Shown here piece after piece: positions 39,585 to 52,389 of a stretch of 64,000 nucleotides of DNA (the first letter of the stretch is position 1; the number at the start of each line of letters is the position of its first letter). Origin of the DNA: Octopus sinensis (Eukaryota); contig NC_043004.1 in assembly GCF_006345805.1 (NCBI RefSeq), positions 54,870,001 to 54,934,000 on the forward strand, in the 5' to 3' direction. The notes under the pieces are model-generated. The model ran no database searches. It was not told the DNA's origin and saw only the letters and a list, made by a program, of their open reading frames with translations. Made by a program: the position numbers and the translations under genes.

Positions 39585-39730
39585 TATAATATGTGACAAT
39601 TATTCGGTAGTCATGATAAACCTCCGAGTTTCGTTGGTCCGATAACTGAAGAGATGCCGGCGTGGTTTCCACCACGACATCCGAAGCTCGGAGTTTTATC
39701 ATGGCTAACGAATAATTGTCACATATTATA
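39585..39730. mobile_element. 146-bp fold-back element with central hammerhead-like core
   Basis: About 49-bp arms (tataatatgtgacaattattcggtagtcatgataaacctccgagtttcg and complement); centre gataa-CTGAAGA-gatg...catc-c-GAAG-ctcggagtT-ttatc. Confidence 0.7.
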
Positions 39731-39973
39731 TACATACATACATACATACATACAGATGCAGCACGGATTTTTGTCAGTGAACAGGTCGCGGATTTTAGCG
39801 ACGAAAATATTTTGACAAATTAAACTTAAATGTTGAAGTGAATCGAACGGCTTTTGTGTGTTTCTTAAATGGCTTACAAACACCTTCCACGCTGCAATTG
39901 TTTTCGTTTCAGCACACGATCTCAGATCAAATTACTTGGTATGCGAGTACATCTCCGTAATATATATATACAT

Positions 39974-40062
<89 letters not shown>

Positions 40063-40166
40063 ATGTATATATATATTATAATAAAAGAAGTTTGAAAACG
40101 CCACTATATAAGATAAATTTTAATTTTCTTTAAAATTTTACATTTATATATATATACATATTACTT

Positions 40167-41340
40167 TTCGTCTGCCGTAAGGCATTATTTTCCAAATACG
40201 CCAGCTAAGCTAAGTTGAACTGTTTAAAGTCGAAAGACACCTGTTGTTTCTGTCCTGTTATTATTATTATTGTTTTTTGTATTCATATTCGTGTAGCATC
40301 GTCCGTTTTTCTGTCCTTGTTTCGAATACATTCGATCCTTTTTCCAAGAAATACAATGCTCGTAGCTTAGTTTTTCCTTGGGGGCTGGCCGGATCGGAGC
40401 GATCTCTAGATTAATCAGCCGAAATTATGAGGATGATCCGGTTCTTGACTGAAGATTAGAGGCTTCGAATGACCCGTCCGTTTTTTTTTTGTGTCGTCTA
40501 TTTGAATGTTTTGCGTTCTTGTCCCATTTTGTATTTTCATATATATTTTTTATACATATATTATTGCGGCGTAACGTATACCTTGTTCTCTTCTATGTAT
40601 GTATGCATTCCACTACTTGTACGACTTCTACACACACTTTCTCTATACTTCACTAGTCTCTGTCTTTCTCTTTTCTCGCCTCTGATTCTTTGGTCTCCTC
40701 TTCCCCCACTCTCTCACATTTCTCTGTCTTTCTCACTTTGCTCCTCACTGACCCTGCCTTTCCGTTGTCCCGCCAATCCTTGGCACGCTCTCTTTCTTCT
40801 CCCCTCTTTAATTCCTTCTTTCTGTCTCTTCTCCCCCTCTTTGGTGCCTTTGTCCCTCTTTTTCTCTCTCTCTCTTTGATTCCTTTGCCTCTTCTCTTCT
40901 CACGTGACCGCCGGTCAACTAGCCTTTCGGCTTCTGAGCACCGCCACGACAACATCGATTTCTTCGTCTGTCGTAAGGCATTATTTTCCAAATACGCCAG
41001 CTAAGCTAAGTTGAACTGTCTAAATCGAAAGGCACCTGTTGTTTTTGTCCTGTTATTATTATTATTGTTTTTTGTATTTATATTTGTGTGGCATCGTCCG
41101 TTTTTCTGTCCTTGTTTCGTATACATTCGAGCCTTTTTCCAAGAAATCTATGCTCGTAGCTTAGTTTTTCCTTGGGGGCCGGCCGGATCGGAGCGATCTC
41201 AAGATTAATCAGCCGAAATTGCGAGGATGATCCGGTTCTTGATTGAAGATTAGAGGCTTCGAATGACCCGTCCGTTTTTTTGTGTCGTCTATTTGAATGT
41301 TTTGAGCTCTTGTCCCATTTTGCACTTTTATATATATTTT

Positions 41341-41345
<5 letters not shown>
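40167..41345. repeat. Two about 385-bp direct repeats around a non-coding pyrimidine-rich core
   Basis: 40167-40555 versus 40963-41345, colinear with scattered substitutions; no ORF with recognisable motifs. Confidence 0.85.
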
Positions 41346-41422
<77 letters not shown>

Positions 41423-42399
41423 CGACAGAGTTCTGTCAGCTTCTGTCTACCGAATCAACTCAAGATTTTGGTCGGCTAGAGGCTATAGTAGAAAACACTT
41501 GCACGACACGCAGTGGGACTGAACCCGGAACCATATGGTTCAAGATATGTAAAGGCAACGCCATTACCACACAGACGGTGAGTATGTAAGGATGTAGTAT
41601 TATCCTAGCTATATCATTTTATCCTAGCGGGTACCATAATAGCCTCAGGTATATTCCAGGTTCCACCTGACCACATCAAGTAACAAGAAGCATCAAGGAT
41701 CGCTGAGGGTCAACTATTCCACTGTAATTTTTCTGATGGATAAATCCGGTTCATTTCGCTCCATTATGAATATATTTGAGAATGAATATATTTGAGATTC
41801 CCGTTGGTTTCTTGACTTTCCAGCCCTATGCTCTAATGCGCATCGGTCATTTTAACTAACTAATTATGCTGTATAATTAACTGTTAAACTAAAGAAACAT
41901 TTGAAGATGTACCAATCTACCGGTATTCTTTAAAATTGTTTTCGATGTGTGTATGTGTGTGTGCGCGCGTGCGTATGTATGTGGGTGTGGGGGTGAACTA
42001 CTGCTACGTCTAGCAGATGAGTATTCATCACCGAAGATATGATGACATAGAATTTAGGTCGAAACTGCATTCCGGTGGTCTGCAATGTTCGGGATTTTTC
42101 TTCCCACTTGCAATATATATCGAGTGTGGAGCGCAGTGAATAACCAGCTGGAGAAGGCGTCCTGCTAGGATTAAAATAGCAGTATCGTCTATTCTTATTG
42201 AACACCCGCGTTTAAGTGGCGATAATGATACTGCTTTCGTCTCTTATAGAGATTTTCTTAATGAACTAATTTGCTTTTATATCTCGTGAGGATCGATGCT
42301 AGATGGGCCGAAAGAATTGCAGTGATCAATAAACCTTCTCGTATTTTCCATCTTCTGTCTCTTTCATATATATATATATTATATATATATATTATATAT

Positions 42400-42466
<67 letters not shown>

Positions 42467-42561
42467 TAATATATATATATATATATATGTATGTATATGT
42501 ATATAAGTAAAGTAAGTAGTTGTGAAATCTCAACAGATGAGAGTAGTAACTATACTAACAT

Positions 42562-42936
42562 GTAAATTCAATTGTCACATAAAAGTGGCTGTCCCATGCC
42601 ACTATTAGTTTAACCCCAGGAAGATCCACCAGCTGGTTATCGGTGCAGCCCTGCAGCTTGTACATATATGCGGCTAGCAAGGGAGCGGATCCCGACAATC
42701 CTTCAGTAGACGACAGGATCGTGGCACTGACTGAAGATGAGTAAACGAGCACGAAACTCAGTTAGCCTCGCGATGCTGTCGTCTGCTGGAGGATGATGGT
42801 AGGAGTTCACTCCCCTGCTAGCAATATATATGTACAGGATGCAGCGCTGCACCGATAACCAGCTGATGAAAGAACTGCCTGGGATTAAACTGGTAGTAAC
42901 ATGGAATAACCGCTTTGGTATGGCGAATAAATTTAC
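42562..42936. mobile_element. About 375-bp imperfect fold-back with a degenerate hammerhead core at the apex
   Basis: Arms include cagctggttatcggtgcagc / gctgcaccgataaccagctg and cagtagacgacag / ctgtcgtctgctg; apex CTGAAGA...CGAAAC (42731-42757). Confidence 0.65.
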
Positions 42937-42957
42937 TGATGTGTGTGTGTTTGTGAA

Positions 42958-43282
42958 GGCGTATGGCTCAGTGGTTAGAGCGTCGAGCTTACGATCGTGA
43001 GGTTGTGAGTTCGAATCCCGGACCGGGCTGCGTGTTGTGTTCTTGAGCAAGACGCTTTGCTTCACGTTGCTCCAGTTCACTCAGCTGTAGAAATGAGTTT
43101 CGACGTTACAGGTGCCAAGCTGTATCGGCCTTTGCCTTTCCTTTGGATAATACTGGTGGCGTGGGGGGTATGCATGGGCTACTGCTGGTCTTCCATAAAA
43201 CAACCTTGCCCGGACTTGTGCCTGGGAGGGTAACTTTCTAGGTGCAATCCCATGGTCTGTGTCGTGACCAAAGGGGGTCTCA
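42958..43282 (+). mobile_element. tRNA-derived SINE (family D)
   Basis: GGCGTATGGCTCAGTGGTTAGAGCG...GAGTTCGAATCCC head followed by gtgttcttgagcaagac body; related decayed copy near 24510-24770. Confidence 0.8.
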
Positions 43283-43535
43283 GAATATATATATATAACA
43301 TTACTTTATATAATTATGAGTAGTGGCAAAGCAATTTTTTTTTTTTGCTGAACCCTAATTATACTTAGCACTCATATTATATAAAATATGTTTAGAGTTT
43401 AGCCGTCGATGGTCGCTTTTAACATGGCTAGAACACTTACTTGGTAAATGCATTAATTACTAATTAATAAATTAATTAATTTTAAAACCCTTATTCTTTA
43501 TTTATTGATTACATTAATATATTATATATATTATT

Positions 43536-43577
<42 letters not shown>

Positions 43578-43579
<2 letters not shown>

Positions 43580-44139
43580 ACATTATATAATTAGGGCTTA
43601 GTAAAATAAATTACTTTGCCACATACTGAACTTTCTAGAAATAGCAGCCAAAAAGTTTTTAGCCATTTCCACTACTTTAAGAAAACTTCTCTCAGATAAT
43701 GTTTACTCAAAGACAACTCACGAAGATATGGAGGTAAAAACAGTAAAATATCTTCGCTGAATCTTCGCTTGTACATTTTGAATTTGCTAGTACTGGCAGT
43801 TTGAAGATGTTTGTCTGAGGTGATACATCGTTGGACGGGTATGTTCATTATTTTTAGTGCTTTCAAATCCAAAATTAAGAAATGTTGAGCTGACGAAAGA
43901 AATGCTGAGTTTTATTTCGGCTAATCTAGAAACGTTGACGTTCTCAAATGATCTTTGTACTTGTGATATTTTACTGTTTTTACCTCCATATCTTCGTGAG
44001 TTGTCTTTGAGTAAACATTATCTGAGAGAAGTTTTCTTAAAGTAGTGGAAATGGCTAAAAACGTTTTGGCTGCTATTTCTAGAAAGTTCAGTATGTGGCA
44101 AAGTAATTTATTTTACTAAGCCCTAATTATATAATGTAA
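43578..44139. mobile_element. Young MITE with about 175-bp near-perfect TIRs
   Basis: 43578-43752 is the reverse complement of 43965-44139, with differences apparently limited to one short patch. Confidence 0.9.
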
Positions 44140-44229
44140 TATTTTGAATTCGCCTTAAATGGTCCTTTTACATACTGAACACTACTTGGTGAAATTGATT
44201 AATAACTAATTAATTTTACCCTCAATTGT

Positions 44230-44279
<50 letters not shown>

Positions 44280-44282
<3 letters not shown>

Positions 44283-44477
44283 TGGTTTTCAACCAGGGTT
44301 CCGCCAGTACAGTCCAGGGGTTCCGCAAGAAGTTACAAAAATGCCAGTAATCGACAGTAATTTTTAATTCTCCTGTGCAGATATGTGTGCATAAGACAAT
44401 TAAATTATTGCACAGGGTTCCTCGAGCCAGTGAAATGTTTTCTTGGAGTTCCGCTCCAGCAAAAAGGTTGAAAAGCA

Positions 44478-44480
<3 letters not shown>
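44280..44480. mobile_element. 201-bp hAT (Charlie-like) MITE in (AT)n
   Basis: TIR cagtggttttcaacc / ggttgaaaagcactg (14/15); (AT)n on both sides is compatible with an 8-bp TSD. Confidence 0.85.
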
Positions 44481-44529
<49 letters not shown>

Positions 44530-44540
<11 letters not shown>

Positions 44541-45165
44541 TTAGATAAAACTTAGATATGTTTCGACCAAAGATTGGTCCAGGCCATGTCTAACTTAATA
44601 GCACCACCTGATAGGATTATATAAATCCTGTTTAAGTCAAGTTTTGTTTATGGTCCATTCAAGTAGTGATTTTTTGTTGGGTGAGTTGTATCCAATTATG
44701 GGTGGCTTATCTGGTATTCCTTGAAGGAATCTATCCAGACTCCGTTTAAAGTTGATGGGATCCTTTTCCTCTTTGATCTCTTTCGGACAATGTTAAATAG
44801 GGCAGGCCTGTTGAAGAAAAGAAATTATTTGCAGTGTACAGTATGCTATGATCTCGAATTGGGCAGGGGACGTATGGCCCGTAGTCCCAGTCTTGGATGA
44901 ACCTTGAAGCTAATGTTCAGGTCGTTTGGTCAAAGTTGGCGGTATATTCTCCACATCGTACAAATGATGTACCGCTCACGGCGACGCTGGAGAGAGTAGA
45001 GTTTCAAGGCTTTAAGGCGGTCCCAATAATCGAGAGCAGCCATGCCTTCAATTCGTTTAGTGAGTGCCCTTTGGGGTGATTCAATCCTCGAGATGTTTTG
45101 TCTTGTATGGGGAGACCACAGTTGGCAGCAGTATTCGAGGTGTGGCCGTACAAAGGAGGAAAAAA
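44530..45165 (-). mobile_element. 5'-truncated CR1-type LINE 3' end
   Basis: VRPHLEYCCQLWSPHTRQNISRIESPQRALTKRI...LKLYSLQRRRERY; continues to FKRSLDRFLQGIPDKP. Confidence 0.88.
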
Positions 45166-45171
45166 GTGGTA

Positions 45172-45286
45172 TGAAGAAGAAGAAGAAGAAGAAGAAGAAG
45201 AAGAAGAAGAAGAAGAAGAAGAAGAAGAAGAAGAAGAAGAAGAAGAAGAAGAAGAAGAAGAAGAAGAAGAAGAAGAAGAAGAAGAA
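45172..45286. repeat. (GAA)n microsatellite
   Basis: Direct observation; source of the poly-F/S/K/E ORFs. Confidence 0.95.
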
Positions 45287-45289
45287 TGC

Positions 45290-47000
45290 GGGAGTGCCAT
45301 GATAGTAAAAGAATGTTAAATGGTCGAGTGCCCTGAAAGTGGTATGTTGTGGATGGTAGTAGTGATTGAATTCTTGAGATATCTTTTTTGAATGCATTGT
45401 TTATAAAATTTGCAAAGGCGTTATTCTAAACAGCAACAGTGTACCACTATTGCTATTAGGAAGGAGGTGGCGGAGAAGAAGAATACGAAGAAGAAGAAGA
45501 AGGAGAAGGAGAAGGGGATGCAGCTGGTATGATAGTAGTAGGATGTTAGATGGTCAAGTGACCTAATGACTGTTTTTTAATGAATTTGGGGGAATCTTGA
45601 GTGTATCATTTTTAATATTTGCGTGTGTGTTTGTGTTATTCTAAGGCCGTGGTGGATGTGTCGTTTGTTGTAGATGCGTTCAAAAGGGCTTTGTATTTTG
45701 TAATAAAGAGAGTTTCTTTACTAATTCGTTGGCTACAGGTTTTATCGTCCCTGAATTGGTTGAGGGGAAAATTCTGAAGCTAGGATTTTTGTTATAGGCG
45801 CAAATGTCGATGTGTTGGTTGAATGCTATTTTTCTGTTTTGGGGAATTTTGATCTGGGATCTGTGCAGAGCCACCCTTTTACGTAGACTGTTTTTTGTTT
45901 GGCCTATGTATTGCTCTTGACACCCAGGGCAGGTTAGTGCGTATATCAGGTTCTCTGAAGCACATGTGAAGCTGCTTTTCACTGTGAAACGTTGTCCCTG
46001 TTTCAAGGAGAACTCTGATCCCTCAATTAAATTGACTCATATCCCACAGTTGGGTCTTCTGCATTTTTTACTGACGGCTTCTGTGTTGTTGTTGAGCGTA
46101 TTCGGGCTTATGTTAGGAGATTTTTCATAGATTTGGATTATCTCTTGCTTTTTATGATGGAGTGTGCTTGGAGGATTGAGTTCATTCAGTGGTCCTTTTT
46201 TGGCAGGGGAATGTTTTGAAGGATGGCGTCGAAGGCTTCATTGTTAAGAGGGTTGTGTGTGAAGATGTATGGTAGGGCTTTTGATTGTAAATCCTTCATT
46301 AATTTGGGATGTCTGAGTTCGTGGATGTTGAGTTGAAGGGCACGTTGGAAGCATATGTCAATTAGTGAAAGTGGGTAGTTCCTGGTTATGAGTGTATCCT
46401 TTAGTTCATGTAGTCGTGTGTCTCTAGTGTTTGCATTAGAAACTATAGTACATATCCTTTTTGCTAGGTGTGTCTGGGGTGGCATGAGTTGAACGGTAGA
46501 TATTGCTTGGAATCCGTGAGCTTATAGTATATATCTGTTTCTATTACGTTGTTAGATTTCTTAATGAGGATGTCGAAGAAGGAAAGTTGTTGATTGCTAT
46601 ATTCCATCGTAAATTGAATGTTTACGTCAAGTCCATTTATAAGTGCTTAGAATTCTTTAAGCCTCTCTATACTTTCATGCCAGTGAATGAAACAGTCATC
46701 CAGGTATCTCTTCCAGTTATTTTCTATTTAGAGGGAGAATGGGTTGCCGTATTTTTCTAGAACCTTACTATAAAAACTAATTTCTAGATACCCTATGACT
46801 AGGTTAGCAAAGAAGGGGACCATTCTCGTACCCATCCCCAAAACAGAAAAAAATAGCATTCAGCCAATACATCGACATTTGCGCCAATAACAAAAATCCA
46901 AGCTTCAGAATTTTTCTCCTCTAACAATTCAGGGACGATACAACGTGGAGCGAACGAATAAATTAAGAGACTCTCTTTATTACAAAATACAGACCCCTTT
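45290..47000 (-). mobile_element. Penelope-like element (RT C-half and GIY-YIG) with inverted 3' duplicate at its truncated 5' end
   Basis: Minus: ANLVIGYLE...WKRYLDDCFI...IQFTME...TDIYYKLTDSKQYL...SCHP; LIYALTCPGCQEQYIGQTKNSLRKRVALH. About 46835-47000 (plus) repeats the reverse complement of about 45680-45850; duplicated tail units at 45290-45600. Confidence 0.88.
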
Positions 47001-47002
47001 CA

Positions 47003-47052
<50 letters not shown>

Positions 47053-47349
47053 AATGAAAGACGGAAGATGGAATATACGATAATTTATATATATATATAT
47101 GTGTGTGTGTTTGTGTGTGTGTGTGTATGTGTGGTGTGTGGTGTGTGTGTGTGGTGGCGCGCGTGTGTGTGTGGGAGTGTGTGTGTGTGTGTGCGTGTGT
47201 GTGTGTTTAGTAAAATTTATATTCAGATGAATAGGTACTTAAGTTAAAGGCACCAGAATTTAGTATGGTATTATCCATATAATTCAAAATAGGGTAATTA
47301 TAATCAATCTGGATATCCTTGTTGCTTATTTTAATATATATATATATAT

Positions 47350-47383
<34 letters not shown>

Positions 47384-48152
47384 GTATTGTATGCATGTAA
47401 TATGTATATGTATGCATGTATGTATGTATTATGTATGTATGGTATTATGTATGTATGTATGTATGTATGTATGTATGTATGTATGTATTATGTATGTATG
47501 TATGTATTATGTATGTATGTTGTTGACGTCAGAAGAATTTATAAACTTTATGGGAACATGAAATCATTTTTGGAACGTTGGATATTGAAGCAGATAAGAT
47601 GGTAAAGTTTCTAAAATGGACGAAGAAATTCGAAAGATTGCTTTGATACAATAGTAGAACGCCTGTCAAGTTAACAGGAGGTCTGTTTCCGAGTCCAACG
47701 GGCAACCCCTCACTTTTTCTATCCAAAATAATTTTAAACATAATATTTACGCGCTGTTATTTATAGCTTTTGTATTTCAAGATCCAACATTCCGAAAATG
47801 TATCATATGATGCATATATAATAATACCAGTGATATCTTCGAAACATGTGTCGGAAGTAAAAGAATTTGAATAACACGTGCGTTTAACTCCATTTATTTA
47901 TTTATATATATTATACAAAATATTTCACGTAAACTCGGTGTATCTACTTTTAAAAACAAGCAGTTACAACATTTTTACTTGTGTGATATTTTGCTACACT
48001 GGTAACTATTTATCTATCATTTCCGTAGGGAAAAATACACACATCCATTTCTGCATATATATATATATATATAATTATTATATATATATATATATATATA
48101 TAACGCACGCACCCATACATATGTACATACGTATATATACATATATATATAT

Positions 48153-48193
<41 letters not shown>

Positions 48194-48201
48194 AACACAC
48201 A

Positions 48202-49047
48202 CGTGGTCTGATCAATAAGTATCCGAGTGTTCCCATAGGAACGAAGCTAAAGTACGCAGAGTGACGCCGCTTGGCAAAGATTGACCTATAACTCTGCTGT
48301 GCATGCGCACTAAATTTTAGCGTTGTAGCTCACTTCCGATGCTCACAGCAGTGCTTGGAAGGAAGGTGTGTAGCGTGTGATCGTTGCATTAACTATGACA
48401 GAGAAAGTTGAGCAGAAAATCTGCATCAAATTTTGCCAAAAGCTTAACGATACTTGCTCTGAGGCCTACGCAAAGTTTTCAAAAAGTTTTCATCGTTCTT
48501 GATTCCATCAAGAATTTGTGCAATTGAAACCCGGGTGTCTTTTTGGTCAGCTGAAAGCACTTTTGGCACAAACTTCGCAAACACAGGTCTCATACCCAAA
48601 TCTTCAGTGATAATGGACTGAACTGAACCGTAACTAATCTGCAGATCCTCTGATAACTCACGGATGGTGATTCGACGATTTCCCCCCACAGCTGCACACA
48701 CATCTGCGATGTTTTCTCAGTTCTGCTGGTTGCGGGTCTCCCAGAACTTTCGTCAATATCGACATTTTTTTTTTGGCCATCTATCTCAGAAACACTTGTA
48801 TGCGGCTCATACACTCCTCTCCATACACTTTCTGCAACTAGCGTAGGCCTCTAAGCAAGTTTCGCCATGACAACTTTCTCTGTCATGATCAAGGCGACGA
48901 TCACACGCTACACACGTTCCTTCCAAGCACCGCTGTAAGCATCGGAAGTGAGCTAGAACGTTAAAATTAGTGCGCATGGGCAATAGAGTTCAAGGTCAAT
49001 CTGTGCCAAGCGGCTTCACTCTGCGTGCTTTAGCTTCGTTACTATGG
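48202..49047. mobile_element. Fold-back mariner derivative, copy 2 (runs into gap)
   Basis: Same TIR, arms and inversion junction (gcctacgcaaagtt|ttcaaaaa) as 34852-35714. Confidence 0.85.
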
Positions 49048-49147
49048 NNNNNNNNNNNNNNNNNNNNNNNNNNNNNNNNNNNNNNNNNNNNNNNNNNNNN
49101 NNNNNNNNNNNNNNNNNNNNNNNNNNNNNNNNNNNNNNNNNNNNNNN
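49048..49147. other. Assembly gap (100 N)
   Basis: Run of n. Confidence 1.
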
Positions 49148-49568
49148 TTGGGCAAGTGTCTTCTGCTATAGCCCCGGGCCGACCAATGCCTTGTGAGTGG
49201 ATTGGTAGACGGAAACTGAAAGAAGCCTGTCGTATATATAAATATATATATGTATGTGTGTGTTTGTATGTCTGTCTCTGTTTGTCCCCATCACTTAGCG
49301 GTTCAGCAAAAAGAGACCGATAGAATAAGTACTGGGCTTACAAAGAATAAGTCCCGGGGTCGATTTGCTCGACTAAAGGCGGTGCTCCAGCATGGCCACA
49401 GTCAAATGACTGAAACAAGTAAAAGAGTATATATATATATTTATATATACATATATATATTTATATATATATATATATATTATTATATTACATATAATAT
49501 ATTATATATACTACATATATATTTATATATATACATATATATATTTATATATTATACATATATATATT

Positions 49569-49599
<31 letters not shown>

Positions 49600-51176
49600 T
49601 ATATATTTATATATATATATATATATAATATATATATATATATTTTAGCAATAATATTCTCTAAAAGAGATATAGACAGTAACTGCTCGATAACATAAGG
49701 ACTAAAGCCATCTGAATATGGCTAGGGACAGGGCAGGGTGGTGGGGTGTTACTGTCTATATCTCTTTTAGAGAATTATTATTGCTGTCGAACAGATTTTC
49801 GAAATCAGCAAATGTATTTTGCTGAAAATCTATATATGAATAACCTGCAGAGTGAGATTTCGGTCGAGGAAGCGGAGGCCTACCACACGTTGACGATAGG
49901 CAATACACCTACTGAAACCATGGTCCGTGTGTGGTTTCCGCTTCATCGGGGAATTATCTCCCTTTGCAGGTTAAAGGGACACGTGACGGTGTCAAGCCTA
50001 TCTAGCGACGTCGATGTTCGCCTGGGGCTAAATGCAACAGTAACACCCCCACCACCCTGCCCTGTCCCTAGCCATATTCAGATGGCTTTAGTCCCTTATG
50101 TTATATATTTATATATATACACATATATATATTTTTGTCTTTTTACTTGTTTCTGTCATTAGTTTGTGGTCATGCTGGGGCAGCACCCTGAAGGATTTTT
50201 AGTCAAAAGAATCAAACCCAGTACTTATTTTGCTTTTTTAAGCCTGATATTTAGTCTATATCAATCTCTCCAGTCAGACTGCTAAGTTAGGGGAATGTAA
50301 ACACGACACTGGATGTCATGCAGTGGTGGGCGACATCCTCCTCTCTCTCTCTCACACACACACATATATACTTCTTTCAGTTTCTGTCTTCCATATCTGC
50401 TCACAAGACTTTGACTGCCCCAAGGCTTTGATGAAGACACTTGCCCAAGGTGCCATGTTTACGTCCCCGTCACTTAGCGGTTCGGCAAAACAGACCGATA
50501 GAATAAGTACTGGGCTTACAAAGAATAAGTCCCGGGGTCGATTTGCTCGAGTAAAGGTAGTGTTCCAGCATGGCCACAGTCAAATGACTGAAACAAGTAA
50601 AAGAGTAAAGAGTTATGAAAGTTTTACATTACTATGTAGAGGCATGTGTGTGGTACAAAGCTTGCTTCCCAACCACATGGTTCCAGGTTCAGTTCCACTG
50701 TGTGGCACTTTATACAAGCATTTTGTACTACAGCTTCATGCCAACCAAATCCTTGTGAGTGGATTTGGTAAATGAAAACTCAAAGAAGCCCATCATATAT
50801 GTGTGTGTGTGTGTGTGTGTTCCACCACCACTTGACAACTGGTGTTGGTGTGTTTGTGCCACTCATAACTTAGTGGCTCAACAAAAGAGATCAATAGAAG
50901 AAGTGGCAGAGTTTTAAAAAATATGTACTGGAGCCAAGTCATCTGACTAAAAATTACTCAGTGATGACCCAGCATGACTGCAGTCTCACAAGTGAAACAA
51001 GTTAAAGATAAATGAGAGAGAGAGAGAGACACACACACACACATACACACACACACACAGACAAACAGACAGAGGTTATTAACAAATTGATGAAGAAATA
51101 AGAGATTTATGAATAGGAAAAGGGTGAGTCAGTGTGACTGGAGAACAGACAGACTGACAGATACTGGATATGTACC

Positions 51177-51408
51177 TATTTCTTTACTACCCACAAGGGG
51201 CTAAACACAGAGGGGACAAACAAGGACAGACATAGGTATTAAGTCGATTACATCGACCCCAGTGCGTAACTGGTACTTAATTTATCGACCCCGAAAGGAT
51301 GAAAGGCAAAGTCAACCTCAGCGGAATTTGAACTCAGAACGTAACGGCAGACGAAATACCACTAAGCATTTTGCCCGACGTGCTAACGTTTCTGCCAGTT
51401 CGCCGCCT
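51177..51408 (-). mobile_element. Family-B SINE monomer with 13-bp TSD
   Basis: TSD ctggatatgtacc at 51164-51176 and 51409-51421. Confidence 0.9.
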
Positions 51409-51589
51409 CTGGATATGTACCGGGTTCTCATAAGCTGGAGGTAACAGAGGGTACAAACCAACCACTTGTTCAGGCTGATGATGATAATGATGTATACATG
51501 TGTCTTAGTATGTGTGTGTATCATCAATTACACACACACACACACTGGTGACCATGCCACATCATATACCACCACATCATGTTAGCATT

Positions 51590-52000
51590 TGTTAACATTG
51601 TACTTTACTACACACCTTGAAACCACGACTACTAATAGCACCTACAACACCATCACCACCACCATCATCAGTGTCGTCACCACCTCTACCACTGTCACCG
51701 GCATCATCACCAACATCATCACCATATACACCACCAGCACTGCCATCGGGGTATGTAACACCAGCACGGACATCAGCCCCATATACATCACCATCATTTT
51801 CACCATCATCACCATATATACCACCATCAATACCACTACCATCACCACCCACCATTACCACCTCCACCTTCGTCACCACTATCATCATCACCATGTATAC
51901 CATCACCACCACTGCCACCACCATCACCACCATCACCAAAATCATCAGTGTATACACCACCATCATCATTATCATCATCATCACCACCGCATCATCACAG
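51590..52000. repeat. Degenerate (CAC/CAT)n low-complexity tract
   Basis: Open in several frames on both strands with Thr/His/Pro-rich output; no splice or domain support. Confidence 0.8.
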
Positions 52001-52350
52001 AAATGTCACTTATTCAGTCACCCTCTATCTGCTGTTATTGCAGGTTCAAATTCTGGTCAAAACAAGGACTACACTTGATGATGATGATCATTATCATTTT
52101 CTTTGTTTAATGTCCATTTTCCCATCCTCAAATGTGTTTACGAAATTTGTTGAGGTGGATTGTCTATGGCTGGAGACCTTTCCAGTCACCAACCTTCACC
52201 TGTTTCCATGGGAGGTAATGTTTCCCTATGACCAGACATGATTTCACATAAGGCTGGAAATGAAGAACACCGTTTGCATGATGCCAACACTTGCTTACAT
52301 CTGTCATGTGATGTCAAGGCAAGAAGAAAGTAACACATGCATACATACAT

Positions 52351-52389
<39 letters not shown>

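Noticed and set aside
42025-42330. Two further hammerhead-like remnants (atgatgac...gtcgaaac; gtgagga...ggccgaaag)
   Set aside because: The first core box is mutated and the stems are not supported.
42958-43030. tRNA gene
   Set aside because: A and B boxes are present, but the sequence runs into a SINE body with no acceptor-stem closure or T-run terminator; the same applies to the heads at 1440-1511 and 39500-39575.
51589-52110. His/Thr-rich protein exon
   Set aside because: Degenerate CAC/CAT repeat open in most frames on both strands, with no splice signals or unique coding flank.
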